DNA from: Octopus bimaculoides
Lineage: Eukaryota
Reading direction: 5' to 3'
DNA: 64,000 nt
Assembly (NCBI RefSeq): GCF_001194135.2
Contig: NC_068984.1
Span: 27,811,323-27,875,322 of the forward strand
This document shows positions 52,980-64,000 of this stretch, one piece after another. The translations under genes and the position numbers were made by a program. Below the pieces are notes generated by a model. It was given only the letters and a program-made list of their open reading frames with translations, did not search any database and had not been told where the DNA came from. Position 1 is the stretch's first letter. The number at the start of each line of letters is the position of its first letter.

Positions 52980-53374
52980 AGTAGCTTTAGCACTAGAACT
53001 AACTATGAACATATATATTTATGAAATTTCTAATAATGTAGCTGGTATTTGCCCGTTGAGTGACTTTTGCTTTGTTTGGTATATAGTTTCGATTATGAAA
53101 GAATATATTTATTGGGGGTGGTTTCTAAAAAGTGTCTGTTAAACTAATTAAAGATTTTTCTTCAATTTCGTTTGTAGCATTTTCCTTTATTTATGTGTTT
53201 TGGTATTTGGGTGTNNNNNNNNNNNNNNNNNNNNNNNNNNNNNNNNNNNNNNNNNNNNNNNNNNNNNNNNNNNNNNNNNNNNNNNNNNNNNNNNNNNNNN
53301 NNNNNNNNNNNNNNNNNNNNNNNNNNNNNNNNNNNNNNNNNNNNNNNNNNNNNNNNNNNNNNNNNNNNNNNNNN

Positions 53375-53423
<49 letters not shown>

Positions 53424-53997
53424 ATCTACGTGTCATGGTTAATGTATACACACTGTCGATAAGCCAGTTACTGAAGTATTTGACATGAGATAACATCACT
53501 TATGCACTTCCTGTATTAAAAACACAAAGACATACGAAATTTTGTCTCAGTAACTTCCAGCGAGAGCACTAGATATCTTTTAGCCTTTTGGGATCTTTTC
53601 AATGGCACGTACTTGCAGTGAGCTACATGCTCGGACGAGAAGTCGTCGTCTCTGATATGGGAAAAAGTGAACAAAGCATTTACAAATGTTGCGAAAGCCG
53701 TCAGGGTGATTTAAAATCCGTTAGACATAAATGAGGCTATATTTAACTAAAATAGCCAGCTATGTATCATTCTTAATATACAAACATTGTCACTAGGCCA
53801 GTTACTGAGATAACATATTTCATGGAGGGGTATACAGATATAAAGTTCTATATGTGTATTTTTTATACATACGTAGATATACGTACATAGGCATTCATAT
53901 ATGTATAAATGTACGTTTCTATATCAGCATTCTTGTGCATATGTATTTCGGTCGCTGTGCATATGCATGACTTTTTTTTATATTTAAACCTCTGTAT

Positions 53998-54118
53998 ATA
54001 CCCTCGAAAGAATGAAAGGCAAGTCCACCTCGGTGGAATTTGAAATCAGAACGTAAGGAAGAATGAAATGCCGCTACACATTTTGCCCAGCGTGCTAACG
54101 ATTCTGCTAGTCGCCGCG
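53998..54118 (-). mobile_element. 5' half of SINE (family of 26274)
   Basis: Minus GCGGCGACTAGCAGAATCGTTAGCACGCTGGGCAAAATG…CCGAGGTGGACTTGCCTTTCATTCTTTCGAGGG. Confidence 0.82.
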
Positions 54119-54147
54119 TTACTCAGCTAATAGATATTGCTAATAAA

Positions 54148-54398
54148 TTGGGTTGGTGCCTAATTATGGCGGCTTTTTTTCAATAAATTTTATTCAACAA
54201 AATCAATAACAACATGTAACAAAAACATCTTTAAATGATTATTCCGAAGCATATTCACCATCTACTTCAATTACTGCTTCCCATTTGCTTAACAGACGGT
54301 CAGACAGTCATTTAAAGATGTTTTTGTTAAATACTGTTATTGTTTTTGTTGAATGAAATTTGTTGAAAAAAAGCCGCAATAATTATACACCAACCCAA
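54148..54398. mobile_element. Mariner-derived MITE with about 90-bp inverted arms
   Basis: TTGGGTTGGTGCCTAATTATGGCGGC versus GCCGCAATAATTATACACCAACCCAA-TA; centre on minus encodes RLLSKWEAVIEVDGEYASE* (mariner C-terminus). Confidence 0.85.
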
Positions 54399-54958
54399 TA
54401 TATTCGAAATTTATTCAGCTACTCCCAGGAATCAATATTTCTAATCTGGATCTTTAAAATGAAAGTTTTTGAATCCATTTTCAAAAACGGTCATACCTAC
54501 TGTATTGCCACAGTATGACATTCACAATTCCTCTCATTAAACTTATCAATGTTCATTAACTTTTTCGAATGACAAAAAACGCACAGTTAACTTTTGCCTA
54601 CCTCACCAAAACACCTAATCTTACACACACACACACACACACACTCAAAATATCCTCGGAATAAGCCATGCAAAACCCCTACCATAAAATCATCATAGAA
54701 ACCAATCAAACAATACACGTTCCTCGCATTTCTGAGACAAATAAATGAAATTTTCTCCATAAAATAACCGCACAGTCCGAGAATTCTAGCCCAGGATAAA
54801 ACCCTTAGTTAGTGTGGGACATTGAACTTTTTGATAGTCGCACAAGAATTGTTACTGTACAAATATATTTAGTACTTTCTCAATCTGACGTAGTCATAGC
54901 ACATTCAATCAAACTCTTTCACACACACATACACAGGCTACACACAAGCATGCATATA

Positions 54959-55345
54959 GGCGCAGGCGTGGCTGTGTGGTAAGAAGCTTGCTTCGCAACC
55001 ACATGACGCCTGGGGAAACTGTCTTCTACAATAGCCTCGGGCCGACCAAAGCCTTGTGAGTGGATTTGGTAAATAGAAACTGAAAGAAGCCCGTCGTATA
55101 TACGTATATGTATAACTATGTGTCTGTGTCTTTGTGCTTGTTTTCGTTCCTCCACCAACGCTTGACAACCGGTGCTAGTGTGTTTACGTCCCCGTAACAT
55201 AGCAATTCGGTAAAATAGTCTGGTAGAATGAGCACCAGGCTTATGAAAACTAAGTACTGGAGTCGATATATTCGACTAAAAATTCTTCAAGGCGGTGCCC
55301 CAGCTTGGCCGCCGTCTAAGGACTGAAACAAGAAAAAGATAAAAG

Positions 55346-55349
<4 letters not shown>
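54959..55349 (+). mobile_element. Near full-length tRNA-derived CORE-like SINE (OK-like, from recall)
   Basis: GGCGTGGCTGTGTGGTAAGAAGCTTGCTTC head (B box deleted), core …TAGCCTCGGGCCGACCAAAGCCTTGTGAG…, (AAAGAT)n tail. Confidence 0.85.
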
Positions 55350-55382
<33 letters not shown>

Positions 55383-55469
55383 TTATACACGTGTGCATGT
55401 GTTCGTGTATGTGTGTGTGTGTATGCGTGTGGGGGGTATGTGTGTGTGTATGTGTGTTTGTATGTGTGT

Positions 55470-55510
<41 letters not shown>

Positions 55511-55653
55511 TGTGTGTGTGTTGGGTTCTGTAATAAGGGTAACACTATGGAGTTTAGCGACCGAAAGAAGATTCAGTATCCTGTAAATGAACTTGTACAT
55601 AAGCGTATATGAGAGAGACATTGAGATAGAGAGTATGTGTGTGTGTGTGTGTA

Positions 55654-55689
<36 letters not shown>

Positions 55690-56405
55690 CTGGAGTGTAA
55701 CTACAGGTTTATACATATGTACCCACACACACACATATATATATGTTGTATACGTAATCGTAACATGTTTATGAGTGGTTGCTGCAATACGATTTTAATG
55801 CTCAAGCATAAGACATGGTCGAGTGAATCAGTTTTAATCCAACAAAATCACGAATATATATATCAGAAGAACAGTTTTGGAACACAGATTTCCCCATATT
55901 TATCTGGAATAGTTTCCTACTGGACAAGTCATTAAATGTGGAAAAGTGCCAAATTGGATGAGATGTACTTAATGGGGCTTATAGTAACTTAGGTGTCATG
56001 ATTAACGTTTATGACGCGCTGTGCTGGCAAATATCTGCCTATATTTGCCAATCAGTTTGAATGCTCCTCTGTTTATCGAACAACCGTCTGACTATCTGTT
56101 ACTCAACACACACACACATATGTATACATATATGCATACATACATGTATATACATATATATATGTGTGTGTGTGTATACACACACACGCGCGCACGCACG
56201 CACACACACATGTATATTTGTGTCGATGTTTATCTGTACATAATTTATTGATCTACTTATATATTTGTGTATGTATGTATGTATGCATGTATGTATGTGT
56301 GTGTGTTTAAATACATACATCTGGACCTTGATTATATTTTTCTATCGTTGTGACGTGTATAGAATCACACACGCATACATACAAACACTTACACACTCAT
56401 ACGTA

Positions 56406-58140
56406 CAGTGAACCTTCGATGCAGCCGAGGGTCCGAGTTAACCAATGATATGGGTTAATACAGTATATGTTGCATACTATGTTGACAATATATACACAGC
56501 ACATTTTAAAGAGTAACCAAATAATAGAAAATAGTATATAAAACATATTTGATATTATTTAGCGTTACAGTCTGTAAAAATTCAAAAGTTGAGACTATAT
56601 ATATATTCCATTTACCGGTGAGAGATGACGGGTGAGACTGATATGGCGGAAGTAGTTCTCAAAGAATAGACCATAATTTTGCAGTATGAGATAATAGAGC
56701 GAGGCACTGCTCTGTTACTGCTCTTCACTTGTATTAGGAGGAATTGTGTCTAAAGTGGGTAAAGCATCAATATCATTATCAAATCTAACGGCTGTAGCAG
56801 AGTTGAGAAGACTTGATTTAAAGGAGGAATTGAGATTTATTTATTTTTTTTCGTCAGTATTTGTTGAGAAGTCAATATACGAAATTAGTTATCAAAGGGA
56901 AACTGCTTAACACAGTTTGGACCTCTTGGGTTAATTGTTCATATTTATCTTCCTTGTTATCTTTGCTGTCACGATCTAACCTTTGTCCACTATGACTTTT
57001 GCGTGACATGTTTTCACCCATCAACTGAAGTATTCGATGAGAAATCCTTTGCTTTGAATTCTTCAAAATCGTATTCTATCTCCATATCACGTAAATGTTT
57101 TCTTTTTCTCTTCCAACTTTTGATTAAAGTGGTATAGTTTTCAGTATATCTTTCAGAATGCTGCGAAATTGAATATGGCAAACTTGACGGCGTTACTGAG
57201 AGTCCTTTGTATTTGCATGTCTTCACTAAGATCATCCTCTTCTATCATTACTAGAACTTCGCTCAAATATTTACGTTAGTATAATACCTTGCAGAATTCA
57301 CAGATGTCTCAGTCCACTGACTAAGCCTGAAGGAATGGCAAGAACATGGATTGCATTTAAACAATCATTACTGAGAAACAAGTAAACAACTGCGCGACAA
57401 GGTGAGTCTTCTGAAGTTAGTGTTAGCAGAAATTATAATGGCATTTTCTTGTTATTTATTTTCTGCAGGAATGAAATGTCAAATATAACCTTAATGATGC
57501 ATCATTTTTGGAATACTAATAATAATGCACAAGTGTATAATAATGCATTATGTATTTTGAAACTTGTGAATGAGCTGACCATTCTGCCACAATCTCTCAT
57601 TAACTTTAAAAGGTGCTTAACGTCAACGTTCAGGCAACACAACACTGATAAATGTTCCTTTACGATCAGGTGAGACGGTTTCAGTTTAAAAGTTTGAGTA
57701 ATTATTAGTATCTATTGACTCAACTTAGTTTTATTCCCTGGTTAATTTCATTACTCATTCTGTGGAGAGATCTAAATAACCATATCCACCGATCACTAAC
57801 TTTGAAATTCGCTATGCCTCTGTACCTAACCTGTTTGGCAGCACGAAGAATATAATAACGAAGAATATAGTCCGAGTGTTATTATCATAAGATTATGAAT
57901 GAATAAACGTTGTATCTTTTGAAATTCTCATCCGCTACTTGGCATCAAAAACTGATGATACATCACCCTTTCTATTTCAAACAAAAAATTCAATAGGCTT
58001 GTCTGTAGCCTCGTGAATATCTGAAACTGTTTGCTATTTAGCAACATACCCTTTATAAACTTTGCTCACTGAAGAACCAGTATCCAACATCTTTATGAAT
58101 TCTAGTTCACGCCTCTTTAAAGTATTGTTTTCTACTGAAG
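56406..58140 (-). mobile_element. Decayed pogo/Tigger (Jerky-like) DNA transposon
   Basis: HTH-psq-like LEFIKMLDTGSSVSKVYKGYVAK*QTVSDI…RMRISKDTT (57880-58130); C-terminal RKYLSEVLVM…FAIFNFAAF…TTLIKSWKR…EYDFEEF…YEQLTQE (56900-57290); TA-CAGTGAACCTTCG TIR-like end at 56404. Confidence 0.7.
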
Positions 58141-58356
58141 CTATGATACAAAGCTGCAATATGCCTTCCGGCTAAAATACCAAAATTTTGCGAGGCAACA
58201 CAAGTTATGTTGCATATTGCGTTAATTGTCACATTTTTCTGTGCTACCGTACTGAACCTACAATTCTTGGATAAGTGACACTCAAAAGATAACATACAAA
58301 CTTTAGGATATTTTAACATTACAATATTTATCTCTGAATATATACTACTATATATA

Positions 58357-58685
58357 GGTGCTCAGTGGTTAGAGCATCGGGGGTCACAATCATGAGGTAG
58401 TGAGTTCGATTCCCGAACCGGGCTCTGTGTTGTGTTCGTGTGCAAAATGTTTATTTCACGTTGCTCCAGTCCACTCTGCTGTAGATATGTGTTGCGGCGC
58501 CACTGGTACCAAGCTTTATCGACCTTTGCCCTCCCTTAGACAACATCGGTGGCGTGGAGAGGGAAGGCTGATGTGCATGGGCGACTGCTGGTGTTCCATA
58601 GATAACTATGCTCAGATTTGTGCCTCGGAGGGGAACTTTCTAGGTACAATCCCATGGTCATTCATGACTGAAGTGGGTCTTTGCT
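58357..58685 (+). mobile_element. tRNA-derived SINE (family of 63596)
   Basis: A box CTCAGTGG, B box GAGTTCGATTCC; body homologous to 63596-63950. Confidence 0.85.
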
Positions 58686-61261
58686 CTTATTTTTACTATT
58701 ATCTTAATTGCCATTAGTTTATAACCAGATTGTGTATGAATAGAACTCAGTTTATTTCAATTAATAAATCTTTAGCAAATTTATATATATACAAAGTTTC
58801 TCCATGAAAACGTAGTGTCGAGAAGGTAAATCGGTTTTCTTTAAGAGGAATGTACTGAGGATAAGAAAGAACAAGTCTTGTATAAGCCGGTTGCTGAACA
58901 CAGGTGAACTGAAACAGAGAAGAAAGGTGAATAATTTGGAATAGAAGGCGGAGTAACAAGTTAGCTGGTATGCTGGAAAGAGCGTATATTTTTAAGGGCA
59001 GGGTGAAAAATAATCAAGACGTATATCCACTTGGCCCTTTTTTGTTGTCACCCTTCCGTTATCCCATCATAAATCCAATAAATATCACGATACTGCTCCC
59101 TGTGGGTGTTCAGTGCTATCTCAGAACAAATAATAATATTTCATAGCATTGGATTGTAAAGTAGCTTCCATTTATGATCCACTATTATATTAACTACATT
59201 AATTTTTATGATTGATTCACAACCATTGCTGTGTGTGCAGTGATCGGTTAGTACATTCACAATACGTGTTCCTACAACATTGCTTTCCAAAGATGATTCA
59301 TTCCGTTGAGATTCGGAGTTCTCTTGACTACGAGTAATCAGGCAAAGTAAGATTCATTTTGACGTTGTATAATTAACGGAAAATGGAGGGCAGCTAAAAT
59401 GTCATTTATTTTGATTTAAGAAATATCATTTAATATTGTTAAAAAGATTTTATTTTTAGAATTACAATTAGTAGTAATATCAATGTAACTACGCTTTATA
59501 TATAACGTTAGGCTTAACCGTAAATAAGTATTATCGTTATAGGAAACAAAATCAAATTGTTTGGCATAGTAACATGTTCTTAAGATAACCTTCTGTAATC
59601 TTTAAGAAATTAGTCTATAATAAAATTTGTCACATATATAACATTTCACGGGATGACTTAAAGAGAGTGGCATGAGTGAGAAAATGCAATACGTCCCTAT
59701 AGACAACGCCTCAAAGTACCGCAAAAACTGTGCAAGTGAAGTAATTTATTGCATAATACTTGTTCAACATGTGTGTGGCAGCTAATTTATTAAGAATTTT
59801 GATAAGAACTATACAACTATATTTTCCTACAGGTATCACTAGATATTGAGCAATAAGTATTTAAAGGTACAAACAATCTCATAAGTTTTATTTCAAGTAC
59901 CAACTGAATGAATTATAACAGCCTTCTGTTACATAATTAACTCCAATGTAACTGTGCCACTCTTGATTCATAGTAACCTCATGGTAACTTCTCTTTCAAC
60001 AAGGAGATTGTACTTTGTGCTAAAAAGAAGTTGTTAGACATTAGTGTACAGTTTTATTAAGACTTTACAGAAGGTAACTTTAAAAAACATGTATATACGA
60101 TACATTATTTCAACACCTAGTGGAAAGCAACACATCTCTCGCAGCCCATCTGGAGACCGCAATATAAAGGTACCATGTACGTTATGGTAAACAGTGGCCA
60201 TCCTTGCAATCAATACTACAAATGATTGAGATTGTGCGCTTGTGTACATCTAAAAGCATTTTTATATTGATGTCTCCTTTCGACTTTTTAAATTCTACGA
60301 CCAATTCATCTTTAAGAGCCCTTACCAGAATATAATATTCCCACTGAAGAAGACTTTCTGTGAGATTCTTCAAAAGATTGGAAGTTCCTTGAAGTGCTTT
60401 AAATACTCTTTGGATATTCAGAGTTCATCTTCCTAACTTGCATTATCCAAAAGTACTTTGTATGAAAACACCAGACGAATCTGTTTTGTTTTATTCAGTT
60501 TGGTACATTATTTTATTGTATTATATTTAAGTACAGATCAATTGTTCTCTCTGCTCTGTCAATAATTATGCTTCCATTTACGTCATTCCTCTATCTTCTA
60601 CACCTCACAGTGACTCTGTCTTCTCTCTCTTTTCCTGTCCTCGACGCTTGCGTATAAATATATGAATCTATTTCGCTTTGCTTCTTAGGCATTCATTTAT
60701 TTACTTTTCTCTCTCCTTCCCTTCTTTTCCCCTCTCTCCCTTTCATGCATGGTCTCCAGCATGCATACATATATACATACGTACATGTATAAATACATAA
60801 ATATATACATCCATATGCAAGTTTATATATATATATGCACAATATATATATATATATGCATGTTTATATATACATACATATATATGTATACTTGTATTTC
60901 TCTCTCTTTCTCTCTCTGTATATGCATGCATGCTTTTTTTTGTTTTTTCACAGTAAGTTAGATTGCCAAGCGTTATAAATCACTATATACTTGCACAGTC
61001 CTTCGGCCTCTTCTTTCTTTCTTTCTTTCCTTCTTTCTTTGTCTTTCTTTCTTTCTTTTTTCTCTACTCTTCCCTTCTATATTCCCCCATCTTTCTTTTC
61101 CTTTTGCTTTGTTCGTTTTATCTTTTACATTCGAACTTAAAAGATAAGAAAAATTGTATCTTACTAGAATCACTTTCTCCTATACATCAAGAAGATCTAT
61201 TTTATGCACTTCATTCCTATGTTGTCTTTATGGAATGGAAAAGTATCGATGTTACGTTATA

Positions 61262-61295
<34 letters not shown>

Positions 61296-62180
61296 CATAT
61301 ATCGTAAGTATTTTCATGAATTTCTTGTCTCTCGGTAGGATTTGTTTAGTAACGTATGCGGAAATTATAAACCTAATAATATTTATTCTAGACTTAATTA
61401 ACAATAAGCTTCATTAACGAAGGTATTGATCGGGTGGGTGACCTATTCATCTCCGTAAATATAAGCGGTCAGCAGGAAGATAACTTTTTAGCAATCTAAA
61501 TTTTAAAGAATCAAGAATAATCTCGAAAACAATTCATTACTGCAACTGACAAAAGGATTTATTTGTACACAAGAGATTTTTGAAAAGAAAACGAAAAACT
61601 TTTTACTTTCTCGACATATAGGGGATACCTTCACTAAATACAGCTATCCACCTATTGTTCTCTCGCACTGAATATTCCTACTATGTAGTACTACTTTTTT
61701 TCACAGATAGTCAGGTATCTATATATTCAATAGATACTTTACGAATAGTTTTTATGCATTGATCTGGACTTCATATTATAATCTAGTTATATTCTAATTC
61801 CGTATTTGATTTTAATTCGTATTTTTCAATATTTTATTTGCATCATTTTACAATATACTTTTTCTTTTAATCCCTATCCTTCACATAATCTTTGTTTATT
61901 TAATTTAGTTTAATTTAATTTTATTGTATTTCATTCTATTTATAATTTATCTGAATTATCTATTCACATACGCATAATACATTTGAAGTAACAGCTTCGT
62001 GAAGCTCCTTCGGATTTATTTTCCTCTCCCTCCCTGCCGCTGTTCTCAATGTATCCATATCATTCAATAGTGTTATGTTAGTTATAGATATGAGAATGCT
62101 AACATGAGTGTGTGCGTATAAGATAGTCTGTTGGCGTATATGTATGTATACGTATATTTGTCTATGTACATATATGCATG

Positions 62181-62299
62181 TGTGTATAAAAATTTATGCA
62201 CGGAAAGAAGACCGCCAAGTGGTCTTCTTACATGCTAAAAATGGGCAGTCAAAACCCCAAACCACGAAAAGCATTCTTATTTAGAGCATTTAGATTGTA
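62181..62299 (+). repeat. Diverged copy of the internal segment of the 62633 element
   Basis: ATAAAAATTTATGCACGGAAAGAAGACC…AAACCACGAAAAGCATTCTTATTTAGAG aligns to 62724-62841. Confidence 0.75.
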
Positions 62300-62632
62300 A
62301 GCGAGGAGGACAAATTGAGAAAATTAAAATATCAATTAATTCTATACTCCGAAGTTTCACCGTTAATGATTAAATCAATCAATTAATTAATTAATTGATT
62401 AATCAACTATCCGTGGATATTCAGTAGAATCGCTGAAGATAAATAATCATGAAACTAGAATACGTACCGAAAACAAAAATGAAAAAATACGTGCGTTTTT
62501 AGCTTCATCTTAACAGATTAAGAATTCAAATCAAAATGTCCACAATCAACGTGCGGAGCCAGAATATTACAGCAGTGAATAAATTCAACAGTGAATTATA
62601 TGACCCAAGAATTAAATACTTAAATATATAAA

Positions 62633-62934
62633 TATAAGGGTAAAAATTATTATAATATAAGGGTAAAATTTATACCAATGATAAGCATGCGCAAAAAAAG
62701 TCCGTAGACATGAATATCTTATGAGTGCATAAAAATTTATACACGAAGAGAAGACCACTAGGTGGTCCTCTTACATGATAAAACAGATAGTCAAATCTTC
62801 AAACCACGAAAAACATTCTTATTTAGAGTACTTTGATTGTACACGTATATATGTTATGAAAATATTTATGTCTACGGACTTACGCATGCTAACCACTGGT
62901 ATAAATTATTATTTTAATAGTTTTTACCCTTATA
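62633..62934. mobile_element. TA-flanked MITE-like element with about 90-bp TIRs
   Basis: TATAAGGGTAAAAA…TTTATACCAATGATAAGCATGCG…AAGTCCGTAGACATGAATAT versus ATATTTATGTCTACGGACTTACGCATGCTAACCACTGGTATAAA…TTTTTACCCTTATA. Confidence 0.78.
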
Positions 62935-63595
62935 TATATATATATATGCTTGTATATTAACTGCTGTTTGTAACTTGTTGCTGTCTTTATGATAAATCAA
63001 TTTCACAAGTTTATGCGTATAGAAGCAAACTAGACAAACTGCACTATTACAAAACCTTTTGTAAGTACAGATACACTATCTATTATCCTTAAAATAACAG
63101 GTGTCTCAAGAAGGAACTGATATGCAGAGCCAATATCTCTGACATTTAATAAAATCTGAAAATTTTCGTAGCTTTCCCTAAAATTACCATTAATGCTCTA
63201 AACAGAAAGATGCTATTCAAATTCTTTGTTAAATTTGTTAAATATGAAGGACGGAAATGTGATTAATCCTTTCATAGGATGAATTATCGCAACCAAGAAT
63301 AATAAGTATAACGGACGAGGCAGCAGATGTAATCTTTGCACAAGGGAGAAGCTAAAATCTATAAATCTTGCCTTCATACAAAACCGTTTCAATTATTAAA
63401 ACCGTTTAAATTATATACAGATAGATTACGTTTATATATTATGAGTAATGTAATACACTTTTCCCGTTCCAAACAAATAAGAAATTCAAACCAAGAAAAC
63501 CTAATATCACTTCTTTCTCCATAAGTCGAAACAGCACAATCAGTATAAGTAATAGAGTTCTCATCAAGCAATATTACTGGTTATTTCATATAAAT

Positions 63596-63950
63596 GGTCG
63601 GTGGTTAGAGCGTCGAGTTTACGATCATGTGATTGGGAGTTTGTTTCTCGGACCGGGCTGCGTGTTGTGTTCTTGAGCAAGACGCTTTATTACACGTTGC
63701 TCCAGTTCACTTCAGCTGTAGAAATGAGTTGCGACGTCACTGGTGCCAAGTTGTATTAGCCTTTGCCCTTCCCTTGAATAACATCGGTGGAGTTGAGAGG
63801 GGAGGCTGGTATGCATGGGCGACTACTGGTCTTCCATAAAAAGAACCTTAGGTTGTGCGTTCGCCGGTGAAGGTGACTTTCCGCCCAGAATTGTACCCCG
63901 GAGGGGAACCTCTTACGTGCATCCATAGTCCTTCGTGACCGACGGAGTCG
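63596..63950 (+). mobile_element. tRNA-derived SINE (family of 58357)
   Basis: GGTCGGTGGTTAGAGCGTCG head; CORE-like GTTCTTGAGCAAGACGCTTTATT; 3' body homologous to the 58357 copy. Confidence 0.85.
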
Positions 63951-63959
63951 AGTTTTGAG

Positions 63960-64000
<41 letters not shown>

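Noticed and set aside
59950-60480. Coding-like minus-strand readings
   Set aside because: Multiple stops and no recognisable homology.

Overview
AT-rich, microsatellite-dense animal genomic DNA from a draft scaffold with 15 N-gaps. The repeat families (tRNA-derived SINEs, RTE LINEs with (GAT)n tails) resemble those I recall from Octopus; the species is inferred. No protein-coding host gene could be supported, and nearly all listed ORFs are microsatellite or gap artefacts. The one intact gene is an intronless tRNA-Arg(TCT) at 20849-20921. The rest is a mosaic of decayed mobile elements: two inverted RTE LINE copies, R4/Dong-like and CRE-like RLE retrotransposon fragments, hAT (Charlie/Buster-like), Tc1/mariner and pogo/Tigger transposase remnants, several MITE-like hairpins and many SINEs. 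The most notable signal is a set of six minimal type I hammerhead-ribozyme-like motifs in Penelope-like repeats. Five carry an extra A after CUGAUGA, two share an A6U core change, and three sit about 80-100 nt upstream of (TA)n tracts. One lies in an inverted composite with a tRNA-like (Pol III) head. An Illumina adapter remnant sits at 9267-9279.
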